A DNA stretch of 64,000 nt, from contig CAVPIW010000012.1 in the NCBI GenBank assembly GCA_963705105.1, positions 1 through 64,000 of the forward strand, in the 5' to 3' direction. Within the stretch, counting starts at the first letter, position 1. Each line of letters opens with the position of its first letter. Below, piece by piece: positions 1-9,964 of this stretch. Under the pieces are notes generated by a model. That model made no database searches, had not been told where the DNA came from, and was given only the letters and a program-made list of their open reading frames with translations. The translations under genes and the position numbers were made by a program. This DNA comes from an uncultured Nitrospiraceae bacterium. GTDB lineage: Bacteria > Nitrospirota > Thermodesulfovibrionia > Thermodesulfovibrionales > Dissulfurispiraceae.

Positions 1-152
1 GACAGCGCCCATTTATTGAGACGCTCCGCTCCGTCGGAATGGCGGAGAGGGCCGAGAAGAAAAGATGTTCTGCGGTGCGGTCACCGGGTAGAAAGGGTAA
101 GGTGTCAGGCCTTGAAACTTGAAACACCGTCAATTCGTGGCACAGGGGCCCC

Positions 153-194
153 ATGAGAAGACCGCTGCGAATTGAATATCCCGGGGAACTCTAT
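153..194 (+). pseudogene. N-terminal stub of a REP-associated tyrosine transposase (RAYT / IS200-like Y1)
   Basis: MRRPLRIEYPGELY matches the typical RAYT start M(A)RPLRIEYPGAxYH. Similarity is lost right after, and no HUH motif follows. A REP-like half site ggtgtcaggccttgaa lies at ~101-116. Confidence 0.6.
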
Positions 195-612
195 TGCCGT
201 CACGTCAGGCTGCTTCACAGGTATGCGGCTCAGCCCCTACCTGTGGTCGATGTCCTTGGAGATCAGGGGAAGTGGCACAGGGAGGCGATTGAAGAATTTA
301 GCATCGTTGTGAAAAACGACGGCATCAAATTCCGTTCGCTCACGTATCAGGAGCTGATTATCTGTGTTTGCTACAACTTGACCCGACGGACAGAGTAAGA
401 TATCGTTGTGCTTCCGTATGCGGACTACACCGGCAAGTCCTCCCTTTTGAGCATCAGAGCATTTCGTCACTTCCTTCCGATGACACGCAGGGAACGGCTT
501 TCCCGGTAACAGCAAGAGTTCTCCCTGAAAGTATTATCATTCAGCCGTCAACGGTTCCCGCTATCTGCACGAAGAAAGGTATCGTTCTCACTGACGAAGA
601 CCGCAGGTCCCC

Positions 613-924
613 TCAAGCCGAGGCGTGCAGCGTTATCTTCTCCTGTGCTTGCAGGACCTTCAGGATACTCGCCATGCTGTCCAGTCGCGGGTTCCCCTTT
701 GGCCCGAGCATGCGATGTATGCTCTTGCTGTCTTTGTTGAGCCTACGGGCCAGTTCGGTGAATGTGATTGTCGCATTGATGTAGTCCCGAAGCATGGCCT
801 TTGCGACATCGGCATCTCCCGTGAGGAGTTCGTTTACTGCCTCGACGAGCAGAGCGCGCCGAAACGCGGGATCGCTCTCCGCCCGGCGTCTCACGGTATC
901 CTTAAATCTTCTTGTCAGCGCCAT
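613..924 (-). CDS. Addiction-module antitoxin (HTH, HI1420-like)
   Basis: MALTRRFKDTV...LRDYINATITF..LA....KSIHRMLGPKGNP is the characteristic family pattern. A caggagg RBS precedes the ATG at 924, directly downstream of the toxin. Confidence 0.85.
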   Translation of the reverse strand: MALTRRFKDTVRRRAESDPAFRRALLVEAVNELLTGDADVAKAMLRDYINATITFTELARRLNKDSKSIHRMLGPKGNPRLDSMASILKVLQAQEKITLHASA

Positions 925-925
925 A

Positions 926-1277
926 TCAACCCTCCTGATGCCAGCCTTTCTTTCTGACCTTGTATTCCTTCCACAGGGCATTAGCCCTTTCTATGTCCTT
1001 TCCCTGTGACTTCTTGGTCCCGCCGCATAGAAGAATAATCACCCTCTCTCCATCCATTCCAAAATAGATCCGGTATCCGGGGCCGAAATCGATCTTGAAC
1101 TCCGACACGCCGCCACCCACAGACCTCACTTGTGAGAGCTTCCTTTCCTGCATTCGAGTCAGCGCCGTTGTGATCTTTGCCGCTGCGGGGGGCATTCAAT
1201 CTGCTAAACCATTCTCCGAAAGGGGAACGGCCGTCACGAGTGACGTACTCAACAAGGTCAGGGGGATGATTGCTCAC
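926..1277 (-). pseudogene. RelE/ParE-family addiction-module toxin (HI1419-like), frameshifted
   Basis: N-half EYVTRDGRSPFGEWFSRLNAP and C-half AAAKITTAL...SVGGGVSEFKIDFGPGYRIYF..LLCGGTK are in different frames. Removing one base of the G6 run at 1187-1192 joins them. Start position is uncertain. Confidence 0.8.
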
Positions 1278-1625
1278 AAATAATAGTAACGTATATGCTA
1301 CCACATGTCAAGTACGAAGTGCTGCGATGCGCACATTCTACAAGTGTAGGATCTTTAATCTTCATTCCAACATGATAGCGCCATGTGCGACTTCGTGGCT
1401 GAAGTCGCCGCGCACGGCTTCACTGAAGGACCGTTTGTTTCAGGAAGCAATTGTTATTTTTAGCGGCGAACAACATGGCGGCTTTTGCCGAGCCTGATTC
1501 CACCGACTCGGTTAGCTTTGCTCTACAGAAAAATCTCGACCCGTTTTTCTCCAGACAGGAGAGTAAAGAAAATGCTCCCTTTCTTGGGATCCCGTTTGGC
1601 CCTTTTTTTTGCTTCACCCATTCGT

Positions 1626-2606
1626 CTAAGGGTTCCAGAGATACATAAACTGTACACCGGAAAAGAGAGCGAGATCTTCCGCATTTATCGAGATAAGATT
1701 TATCACTTGCGGACCTTGGAAGGGCATTTCGGGATATCCCGAATATATGTTCGATTTGAAGGTCTTGGGGCGGACGTAAGTGACCACCTTAACATTCTCG
1801 ATATCGAGAGCTTTCTTCATCGTGGCAATCGTCTCATCCAGATAGGACATCTGGTCAATCAGTCTGGCCTCGAGGGCATCACCCGCCGTTAGTATTCGAC
1901 CGTCGGCAAGAGCTTTTACCTCCTCCTCAGTGAGAACTTTTTGTCTGCCTAAGTACACCACTCCGAGGAAGCGAGCGTAAAGCTTGTCAATTATTTCCTG
2001 AAGCATCTTCTTTTCCTCGGTGGTACTGGGGCGGAAAGGAGTCCAGAAGTCTTTTTTTGGACCTGACTTGTAAGTCTCTTCGGAAACCCCGATTTTAGAA
2101 AGAAGACCTTCCATATTAAACTTTATGGCGATGACTCCTATGCTGCCGGTGATCGCAGTGGGACTGGCAATGATACGGTCTGCGGCCGAGGCAACGTAAT
2201 AACCCCCTGAGGTGCCAAGTTCCATGATGTGGGCATACACGGGTTTTTTCTTTTTCTGCCTGAAGCTTATGATCTCATGGTGGATCGTATCGCTTGCGGC
2301 AACGCTGCCACCGGGAGAATTGATCCTTATAATCACACCGGCTATATCAGGATCAGCCTCTGCCTTCAAGAGTGCTTCTCTGAAAAAGGCGACTTTTGAG
2401 GGCCCTTTCTTGAGGAGCGGGCTCTCACTTTCATCTTTGAAGGAAATCACGCCGTCCAGATCGATCAGCAGCACCTTCTGCTTGCCTTCACCTTCCAGGA
2501 CTTTTTCCTCAAGCGGCTCTGTCCTCGGCAGAAGCGATACATTCAGTCCGGCACATCCTGAAAGGGCCAGCAAAAACAAACCAAATAAAAAGGCGTTTCT
2601 TATCAC
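1626..2606 (-). CDS. sppA: Signal peptide peptidase SppA (peptidase S49), lipoprotein
   Basis: Lipobox LSGC; RINSPGG, SGGYYVA and TGSIGV motifs. Confidence 0.9.
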   Translation of the reverse strand: MIRNAFLFGLFLLALSGCAGLNVSLLPRTEPLEEKVLEGEGKQKVLLIDLDGVISFKDESESPLLKKGPSKVAFFREALLKAEADPDIAGVIIRINSPGGSVAASDTIHHEIISFRQKKKKPVYAHIMELGTSGGYYVASAADRIIASPTAITGSIGVIAIKFNMEGLLSKIGVSEETYKSGPKKDFWTPFRPSTTEEKKMLQEIIDKLYARFLGVVYLGRQKVLTEEEVKALADGRILTAGDALEARLIDQMSYLDETIATMKKALDIENVKVVTYVRPKTFKSNIYSGYPEMPFQGPQVINLISINAEDLALFSGVQFMYLWNP

Positions 2607-2656
2607 TGTCCATCGGCTCCTTGTGGAAAGACATTTGATATGATTAGTAAATTATA

Positions 2657-2911
2657 TCAAAGAATAAGCAGATTTCCAGGGGTTACATTTGACGGTGAAC
2701 ATCTGGGTGTCGAATTTCGGCGACAATACCGTGACGAAAAAATAGGCTGAAAATATCGACGAGGTCCTGCCAGTTCAATTGAGACATTCGCCTTACGAAA
2801 GAAGAAGAAGGCCAGAACTGCAAGGACGAGGATCATGAGAGCGAACAGCCCTAGTGGAGTCTTCGCCGCTTCTCGAATAATACCAGCAGCGTGTGCAAAG
2901 AAATTCTCCAT
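2657..2911 (-). CDS. Short membrane protein or gene fragment
   Basis: MENFF...AAKTPLGLFALMILVLAVLAFFFF gives one TM helix; the C-terminus looks non-coding. Confidence 0.35.
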   Translation of the reverse strand: MENFFAHAAGIIREAAKTPLGLFALMILVLAVLAFFFFRKANVSIELAGPRRYFQPIFSSRYCRRNSTPRCSPSNVTPGNLLIL

Positions 2912-3438
2912 CTCATCTTTCCTAAAAGTGTCGCGCCTAACTGTGCTCTTCAGCCGCCGACTGTCTTTAGAAATCTTATCTGAAAAGAGAGAGTGAGTCA
3001 AGCAGAATGCCAAGGCAATTAAAGAAACAAACAAGTTTTGGCGTCATTTTGGGCCTAAAGGAAACGTCTCATATTATTTACCAACCAAGGCTTATTATTG
3101 AAGAACTTCCTCGTTAGGAAAAACTATGTTCCCGAGTAAAGAATTTAGTCTGAATATTTTCTGAATTGATAAGAACACCGATCAGACGAGGTGGAAAGGG
3201 GTTTCAGATCTGTCATTGCTCGAAGTATTGGGTCGGCCAATACGATTTGTGAGATATCCAGATAGCAACGTGAATTGTCTTCGTTGCGAATGTCAATGCA
3301 GGAGTGCGACGAGCAGATTAGATTGCAAATCTCAGGGAAGCAGTGGAGGCTCTTGACGGTGGTCACAAAATGGTCACAGTCAGTTCAAAAGTGAAGCGGC
3401 AGGTCTCGTGACACACTCATAACTCATTGAAAGGTAAG

Positions 3439-3512
3439 CGCCCCCTACACGACTCGAACGTGTGACACCAGGTTTAGGAAACCTGTGCTCTATCCTACTG
3501 AGCTAAGGGGGC
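3439..3512 (-). tRNA. tRNA-Arg(CCT)
   Basis: Reverse complement GCCCCCTTAGCTCAGTAGGATAGAGCACAGGTTTCCTAAACCTGGTGTCACACGTTCGAGTCGTGTAGGGGGCG folds as a cloverleaf, with anticodon loop TTCCTAA and T-loop TTCGA. CCA is not encoded. Confidence 0.97.
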
Positions 3513-3654
3513 ACAGAAGGTATCCGATATTATACATGAAAAGGGGGAAAACATAACAATTCTGTACCGTCCGACCGGTGTGATCCGTCCGTCCTTTGAA
3601 GATCCCGGGGGCATGCCATCCAGCGAAGGACCTGCGCATCACTCTGCAACATTT

Positions 3655-4647
3655 TCATTTCGGGAAGGCGGCACGTGCATCCCGGTATCCCGCCTCTTTT
3701 CTGCGTTTGATGCTTTCCCGGGAGAAGTCGAAAGGCCCGGAGACGAGTTCGGGATCCTCGTTCGTGATATGGATGATACTGTTTATCAGCTTGTATTTCA
3801 TGAGTCTCCTGTATCCCGGCATGTTTCGTATGGGGCTGTCAGCGGCAAGGGCTCTTTCAACGGCATCAGCCACCTCGACGTATTCGTTGACCTTCCGCAT
3901 CATTTCGACGTCTCCGTGCAGCTTGTTGGAAAAAATCATCTCGAACATCCTGTCGAAGACGTCCTGCATGTTTGCGGGGATCCTTCCGGCCGACGGAAAA
4001 AGATTGATCACAACCAGCTGCTTCTCCGTGCCGGGATCGCTGTCAAAGGCCTCGATGACCGGTCCCAGGGGGGTGTTGTCAAAGAGCCCTCCGTCCCAGT
4101 AGAACGAGCCTCTTATTTCGGTCATCGGAAACCCGGGAGGCAGGCTACCGCTTGCAAGCACATGATCCGCCGTGATGGGTGTGCCTCCCGACCGGTTGTC
4201 GAAGACCTCGATCCTCCCCGTTTCCACATTTGTGGCTGTCAGGAGGAGGTGTTGTCCGCCTGCATTGATCCTGTCAAAGCTGATGAATTCATCCAGTGTC
4301 TCCTTAAGAGGCCTGGTATCGTAAAAGTTCGTCCAGAAGGGCATGGTGAGATAATCGGTGCGCATCCTGAAGAAACTCCTGTTCCCGTACAGGGCGATGA
4401 ACCTCTCGGCGAAATCCGGCATGGGTAGCAGGGGGACCGTCTCAAAGCGCTCCCATATCCTTTCAAGGGTCAGCACCGGGTCGTCATCACGGGAACCCAC
4501 GAGAACAGCGGCGGTGATGGCGCCGATGGAGACGCCCGAAATGATGTCGGGTCTGAAGTGTGCCTCCCTGTAAAGGTAACTGAGGGCCCCGAGTTCGTAT
4601 GCACCCAGTGCCCCTCCTCCCTGCAAAACCAGGCCTCTCTGCATCAT
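3655..4647 (-). CDS. Patatin-like phospholipase
   Basis: LVLQGGGALGAY, GVSIG (GxSxG) and WDGG motifs; aggag RBS before the ATG. Confidence 0.92.
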   Translation of the reverse strand: MMQRGLVLQGGGALGAYELGALSYLYREAHFRPDIISGVSIGAITAAVLVGSRDDDPVLTLERIWERFETVPLLPMPDFAERFIALYGNRSFFRMRTDYLTMPFWTNFYDTRPLKETLDEFISFDRINAGGQHLLLTATNVETGRIEVFDNRSGGTPITADHVLASGSLPPGFPMTEIRGSFYWDGGLFDNTPLGPVIEAFDSDPGTEKQLVVINLFPSAGRIPANMQDVFDRMFEMIFSNKLHGDVEMMRKVNEYVEVADAVERALAADSPIRNMPGYRRLMKYKLINSIIHITNEDPELVSGPFDFSRESIKRRKEAGYRDARAAFPK

Positions 4648-4882
4648 GGCAACTCCTCTGCCGGCCCCAGGCATGTGACGGCCGACGTTCAGATGATGTG
4701 CGGATTCAATCGGATCAAGACAATCACAGTATAGCTGAACGGGAAGGATCATGAACAGGGGAGTCGTATGACGGTTGCCGTATTCCTGTCTCTTTGAGGG
4801 GATCATGCCACATGAGGGCTATGCGATCTGTCCAATGATATTCGGCACGCATGAAGCCGTTGCCACAGAGTCATTTTTTTTG

Positions 4883-4911
4883 TTGACAGGGGCAGGTTCC
4901 TTTGGTATAAG
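4883..4911 (+). promoter_or_regulatory. Putative sigma-70 promoter
   Basis: TTGACA-17 nt-TATAAG upstream of the CDS at 5039. Confidence 0.6.
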
Positions 4912-5038
4912 GAAGGTATGGGGATCTGCATTTCAGCATTAAAACCTCACGGACGGAATTATTAAAGGGGTGGAAGTCTGGCCGCCGGTTATGGCGTAAC
5001 TCTGTATCGTTTTTTTGTCTGCAAGAAGGAGTGGACAA

Positions 5039-6478
5039 ATGCCTACAATGGAAGGATTTGAACGGTCATCTCGCAGCTTTCTTCTTACCGGGTCCGTGAA
5101 GTTGACGGCTATTGTCATTGTTGCCTGTTTATTTATGGCAGTTTATCCGGCAAATGCCATCACGATCAACGAGTTTCCCGTGGCCGGCAACGGCGGGCCC
5201 TTCAGGATCACGCTGGGGCCTGACAATAATCTCTGGTTTACGGAACAGACGGGCAACAAGATCGGCAGGATGACGACGACGGGCGCCATTACGGAATTTC
5301 CCGTCCCGACCGCCGGCAGCACACTCCGGACCATTACGACGGGTGCCGACGGAAATCTCTGGTTCACGGAAGGGACGGGCAACAAGATCGGCAGGATTAC
5401 TCCGGCAGGAGAGATCACGGAGTTTGCGATCCCGACTGCCGGCAGTGATCCCCGGGGTATAGCATCAGGGCCTGACGGAAATCTCTGGTTCACGGAAGGG
5501 ACCGGCAACAAGATCGGCAGGATTACGCCGTCGGGGGTAATCACTGAGTTTCCCATCCCCACGCCTGAAAGTCTTCCCAACGGGATCACGACGGGACCCG
5601 ATGGCAACCTCTGGTTTGTTGAAATGAACGCAGACAAGATCGGCAGGATCACGCCGTCGGGGGTAATCACCGAGTTTCAGGTCCCCACCACCGGCGCCGG
5701 TCTCTTCGCCATTACGGCGGGACCGGACGGCAGGCTCTGGTTCACGGAATCCGAGGGGAACAAGATCGGCAGGATTACAAAAAACGGGGTAATCACGGAA
5801 TTCCAGATCCCCACGGCCGGCAACGCTCCGCGGGTCATTAATGCAGGGACAGACGGCAACCTCTGGTTTACCGTGGGCAACACCAACAGGATCGGCCGCA
5901 TAACGACAAGCGGCAACATGACCTTCTTTAATATCCCTTCGGACAACAGCAATCCCGGCGGGATCACGACTGGTCCGGACGGCAACAAGTGGTTCGCTGA
6001 AACACGGGCCAACAAGATCGGGCAGGTCGTTCTCCATGAAGGGACGATGCCCGTTCCTGCAGGTCAGCATATCTTCGCTGCCGATCCTCCCGTTGTGGGG
6101 CCGATCATCGCCGCGACGGCATCGGAAGCGAAGCCGATCGGTATCGGCGATGTGGCAGCCGGCGGGAGCCTCTTCGACATCGCCCTCGCCCTGGGCCGTT
6201 TTGCAGGGCCGGTGGACATCTATTTCGCGCTCGTCGCCCCCGCGATTGACCCGGCGAACATCTTCATCTTCACGCCGGCAGGGCTCAGCACCGTTGCTGC
6301 AGCCGGTATCGTTCCCTGGATGGAAGATAAGTCCGACGGCATGTTTCTGCGCCTGGTCGAGAATCTCCCTGTTGAGGCGCTGCCTGCCGGAGCGTATGAT
6401 TTCTTTCTCATTGTGACCCCGGCGGGAAGAAGCGATTTCAGCGCCTTCTACGCGTGGCAGGCAAGAATCAGCCGGTGA
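5039..6478 (+). CDS. Secreted Vgb (virginiamycin B lyase)-like beta-propeller protein with an extra C-terminal domain
   Basis: Signal peptide ending ANA, then about seven 42-aa repeats GPDGNLWFTE..GNKIGRIT..G.ITEF.IPT. Confidence 0.85.
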   Translation: MPTMEGFERSSRSFLLTGSVKLTAIVIVACLFMAVYPANAITINEFPVAGNGGPFRITLGPDNNLWFTEQTGNKIGRMTTTGAITEFPVPTAGSTLRTITTGADGNLWFTEGTGNKIGRITPAGEITEFAIPTAGSDPRGIASGPDGNLWFTEGTGNKIGRITPSGVITEFPIPTPESLPNGITTGPDGNLWFVEMNADKIGRITPSGVITEFQVPTTGAGLFAITAGPDGRLWFTESEGNKIGRITKNGVITEFQIPTAGNAPRVINAGTDGNLWFTVGNTNRIGRITTSGNMTFFNIPSDNSNPGGITTGPDGNKWFAETRANKIGQVVLHEGTMPVPAGQHIFAADPPVVGPIIAATASEAKPIGIGDVAAGGSLFDIALALGRFAGPVDIYFALVAPAIDPANIFIFTPAGLSTVAAAGIVPWMEDKSDGMFLRLVENLPVEALPAGAYDFFLIVTPAGRSDFSAFYAWQARISR

Positions 6479-6499
6479 TAGGACAGGATTGATTTACCA

Positions 6500-6541
6500 C
6501 GGGAGGGGGTGCATGCAGGGGCAGCGCATCCCCCCCTCCTG
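6500..6541. terminator. GC-rich hairpin after the Vgb-like gene
   Basis: ggagggggg...cccccctcc inverted repeat; weak U-tract. Confidence 0.4.
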
Positions 6542-6676
6542 CTGTGATGACGATTACCTTTCATCCGTTCCTTTCTGTGATATAATAACCACAATTTTCG
6601 TTTTTACGGCGATTCAACGGTTGTGACGATCTGCCGCCCTGGCGCATCGGGCGCTGCAGGCAGAGGAAGAAAGAGG

Positions 6677-7771
6677 ATGTCTCTGCAGAACAACGACACA
6701 GATTTCCTGAGGCCCCGTGATCCGGCCCTGGATGACGGGCAGTGCGCCGAGATGATGAGGGCGCTCATGCGGGGCATTCCCGACCTGATCTATTTCAAGG
6801 ACCGGCAGGGCCGGTACGTCTCCGTCAGCAATGCCTATGCCGCTTACTTCAACACCACGATCGAAGAAATGGTCGGCAGGTCTGATGCTGACTTCCTGTC
6901 GGCGGAACAGGTTGAAGAGGCTTGTGTCGAGGACAGGCGCATCATGGAAACGGGCGAGCCTGTTGTCGACAGGATCGAGAGAAGAAGGCATCTGACCGGC
7001 ACGGATACGTGGCTCTCCGTCACAAAGGCGCCCTGGAGAGACAGCGAGGAAGAAATCAAAGGCATCGTCGGGGTCTGCCGGGAGGTGACGGACAGGGTCG
7101 AGAGAGAGCGGTATATCCTCGACATGCTGAGCATAGCCACCCATGACATACGGGGGCCCCTTGTCTCTGTCGGCAGTACGATAAAGCTTCTCGTCCGCGG
7201 CGCCTTCGGGCACACCGATGAAAGTGTGAAAGTGACGCTCTCGGACATATCGAACCGGATGAAGCATCTGGAGAGAATCGTGAGCGAATATCTCTGCAAA
7301 TCATCCCTCATGAATGTGAGTACGCCCCGGAAGGAACACCTGGACCTCCGGCAGGACATCATAGATCCCATCCTCGATGAGTTTGCGCAGGACATAGAGG
7401 AGAACAATATCCGGATCGACAACCGGCTGGGGGCGATTCCGGGCAACAGGATCATTATAAACGCGAACGCCCAGTGGATCAGGATCGTTTACAGGAACCT
7501 CATTCGCAACGCCATCAAGTACGCGTCGTCGGGAGTCATCGCCTACGGTTTCGAAGACCGGGGTGATCATTACAGGCTCAACGTCTATAACAGTGGTCCC
7601 CCCGTCTCCCCGGAAAACAGGACGAAGATCTTCGACCGCTTTCAGAGCGAGGGCGGCACGGGCCTGGGGCTTGCGATCAGCCGGAATCTCATCATCAAGC
7701 ACGGCGGCGACATGTGGTATGAGAGCACGTGGGACGATCACCCCAACTTCGTCTTTACGATTCCCAAGTAG
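6677..7771 (+). CDS. PAS-domain sensor histidine kinase
   Basis: IPDLIYFKDRQGRY PAS domain, ATHDIRGPL H-box, NLIRNAIKY N-box, GTGLGL G2-box. Confidence 0.92.
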   Translation: MSLQNNDTDFLRPRDPALDDGQCAEMMRALMRGIPDLIYFKDRQGRYVSVSNAYAAYFNTTIEEMVGRSDADFLSAEQVEEACVEDRRIMETGEPVVDRIERRRHLTGTDTWLSVTKAPWRDSEEEIKGIVGVCREVTDRVERERYILDMLSIATHDIRGPLVSVGSTIKLLVRGAFGHTDESVKVTLSDISNRMKHLERIVSEYLCKSSLMNVSTPRKEHLDLRQDIIDPILDEFAQDIEENNIRIDNRLGAIPGNRIIINANAQWIRIVYRNLIRNAIKYASSGVIAYGFEDRGDHYRLNVYNSGPPVSPENRTKIFDRFQSEGGTGLGLAISRNLIIKHGGDMWYESTWDDHPNFVFTIPK

Positions 7772-7773
7772 AA

Positions 7774-8106
7774 CCCGTGCATGAAAAGGCGGGGTAAAGC
7801 GCCTTAAAGCCTCGCTGATATTTACGCCCCCTCCGGGAAGGCAGATATGGTTCAAAACCTTTCCAATGCGATGATAAGGCATCTCAAGGTGTTCAGCGCC
7901 TGTTGCCTGACGGGATTTGGCATCAACTGACACGGCAAAGGGTGGTCTGGTGACAAAAAAGGTATCTTAGCGGAAAGGCTTTTCACCACATCAGCCTTCG
8001 CGTCGGTGTGGTTGTCGTCTGGTTGCTGTCTTTTGCCTGCTGTCTATGTTTACCGTTTGGTGGCGCATTCACCCCGCCTTTCCGGATGGCGTATGCAACG
8101 ATAAGG
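7774..8106 (+). repeat. Modular MITE-like element, copy 1 (long type)
   Basis: Left end tgcatgaaaaggcgggg; right end ccccgcctttccggatggcgtatgcaacgataagg. The ~165-nt core (7833-7999) is shared with copy 11. Confidence 0.85.
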
Positions 8107-8135
8107 TTTAGATAATTAGATAAAAGGAGGCTTTG

Positions 8136-8984
8136 ATGAGAACCCTGATTCTTTCCTGCGCTCTTCTTCTCCTGACGTCGGCGATTGCCCATTCCGCCGA
8201 TGTCAGGATGTCGGTGAGCGACATAACGGACAACAGGAGCACCGGGCATTTCTCCCAGCTGGAGGTGAAACTGAAGGTCATGGGCGATGCCGTGTCGGAC
8301 GCGAAAGGAGTAAAAGTGAGGATAACGGGTGCAACTGACGACACGGGGCGGAACCTGCTGAAGGAAAAGGATGAGAGGGATGAGTTCGTCCAGACCGGTG
8401 ACCAGGGACTCGGGCAGGCCGAGATCTCGGTGAAGCTGAAAAACCCTGCGAGGAAAGCGACGGTTATACGGGAATTGACCGGCGAGGTGAGTCTCTTCAT
8501 GCCGAAGATGGATCCGGGCTCCTCCGCCGTCATCGACAGGTTCATGACAAAGGGTGGAAAGCCCCTGGAACACAAGGCCCTCAAAGCGGCGCAGGTGAGT
8601 GTCACCGTGCTCACGCGGTCCGATTTCGAGGAGTTGAGGGACAAGAGGAAACGGGACATAAAGGACGGCGGGGGTGAGGCGGTCAAAGAGCTCGGTGAGG
8701 CCCTCGCGAATGTTTTCGGCACACTCTTCGAAGGAATGATGCAGGTCACTGACAACAGCGTCATCCTTGGTGTTGATGACCCGCATTCGAGGGTTATGGC
8801 GATCGAGTTTCTTGACAGCAACGGGAAGAAGATAAGCAGTCAGTCATCTATGAGGATGAACGATGTGAGAACCTATGAATTCGAGCAGCCGATGCCGCAG
8901 GACGCCCGGATGATCATCTATGTGGTGACGGCGGCATCTGTTGTGAAGGAAGAGGTGAAGCTGAAGGACATTCCCCTGCCCTGA
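8136..8984 (+). CDS. Secreted hypothetical protein
   Basis: aaggagg RBS, signal peptide (AHS-A), long ORF. Confidence 0.8.
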   Translation: MRTLILSCALLLLTSAIAHSADVRMSVSDITDNRSTGHFSQLEVKLKVMGDAVSDAKGVKVRITGATDDTGRNLLKEKDERDEFVQTGDQGLGQAEISVKLKNPARKATVIRELTGEVSLFMPKMDPGSSAVIDRFMTKGGKPLEHKALKAAQVSVTVLTRSDFEELRDKRKRDIKDGGGEAVKELGEALANVFGTLFEGMMQVTDNSVILGVDDPHSRVMAIEFLDSNGKKISSQSSMRMNDVRTYEFEQPMPQDARMIIYVVTAASVVKEEVKLKDIPLP

Positions 8985-9333
8985 ATTATTGATTCCTGCG
9001 GAATGAATGACCTATTTCCTGTCACTCCCGCTTGTCGGGAGTCTCTCCCAAGGAAACCTTCCAGTTGCAATGAAAAGGCGGGACGACGCGCCTCAATGCC
9101 TCGCTGATAGCGAGAATGATCGTTTATTATTGGTGTATCGGGAATTCATCGTTCGTGTCATCCACCATCTGTCTGACATGATCTGTATGGGAAGGCAAAG
9201 GTTTCGCAGCACCGAGGCTTGTCGGCGCATACGCCCCGCCTTTCCGGAGGTCCCATTGCAACGTTAAGGGAAAGATTCCGGACGAGCCGGAATGACAAAG
9301 CGCAGGAAATTAGTTTCGACATGGCTCAATAGT
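8985..9333. repeat. REP-like palindrome pair interrupted by MITE copy 2
   Basis: gtcactcccgcttgtcgggagtct (9021-9044) and agattccggacgagccggaatgac (9273-9296), with outer imperfect inverted repeats tattga..atttcct / aggaaat..tcaata. Confidence 0.65.
9057..9269 (+). repeat. Modular MITE-like element, copy 2
   Basis: ccttccagttgcaatgaaaaggcggg ... cgccccgcctttccggaggtcccattgcaacgttaagg, flanked by an exact GAAA duplication. Confidence 0.88.
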
Positions 9334-9347
9334 GTCAGTGACAGAAA

Positions 9348-9378
9348 AATAGGGGCCGTTCAGCGAACGGCCCCTATT
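9348..9378. terminator. Hairpin between convergent genes, likely terminator
   Basis: aataggggccgttc-agc-gaacggcccctatt preceded by an A-run (U-tract on the minus strand). Confidence 0.75.
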
Positions 9379-9409
9379 GTGAATTGTGAAACGCCTTTGT
9401 TGCGGGTGT

Positions 9410-9964
9410 TCAGTTGATTCTCTTGAACACGACGGTCTGATTGCCGAAGTCGAGAATGAGATCATCCCCTCGAAGGTCGTACTGTGTGTTCACGACGTAA
9501 TCTGCCTGGTTGATGATCAGTGTCTTGCCGACAACGCGATATTTTTCCGTCACAGTCTCGGTCCTCCCGTCTCTGTAGACCCTCGACGTCGTCACGGTGC
9601 CGTCATTCCTGAAACTCGTCACCTGGGATTTGTAGGGGTCTGCGGGCTTCGGGGTGACTTTTACCATCTGCCATGCCGTACCGGAGAAGGGCCTGAGCTC
9701 ATCCTGCGTCACCTGTTTGCGCGTGACGGCGTCCTTCTTGTCCTCCTCGTTGCCGATCAGATAGCCGACGCCGGCGCCGATGCCCGCGCCGAGCAGTGCC
9801 GTGGCTCCCCACGATCCGTGCATGTTTGCGAGGCCCCCGATGAGGGCTCCCGTGCCTGCCCCTACGGCAGCTCCGGTCTGTGCCTTGGTGGCACACCCGG
9901 TCAGAACTGCGATCGAAAACACAAGGACAAGCAGCAATGCGGTGATCCTCGTTTTCATGCTCAT
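9410..9964 (-). CDS. Glycine-zipper lipoprotein
   Basis: Lipobox LTGC; GAAVGAGTGALIGG...GAGIGAGVGYLIG; aaggagg RBS. Confidence 0.88.
   Translation of the reverse strand: MSMKTRITALLLVLVFSIAVLTGCATKAQTGAAVGAGTGALIGGLANMHGSWGATALLGAGIGAGVGYLIGNEEDKKDAVTRKQVTQDELRPFSGTAWQMVKVTPKPADPYKSQVTSFRNDGTVTTSRVYRDGRTETVTEKYRVVGKTLIINQADYVVNTQYDLRGDDLILDFGNQTVVFKRIN

Noticed and set aside
237..398. C-terminal fragment of a restriction-endonuclease-like gene (HREAIEEF...FRSLTYQEL)
   Set aside because: The resemblance is from memory only and too short to support a feature; treated as island debris.
4915..5038. Riboswitch in the leader of the Vgb-like gene
   Set aside because: No recognisable aptamer consensus by eye; an Infernal/Rfam scan would be needed.
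5039..6478. Antibiotic-resistance gene vgb
   Set aside because: Signal peptide, highly regular repeats and an extra domain indicate a generic secreted propeller, so no gene symbol was assigned.
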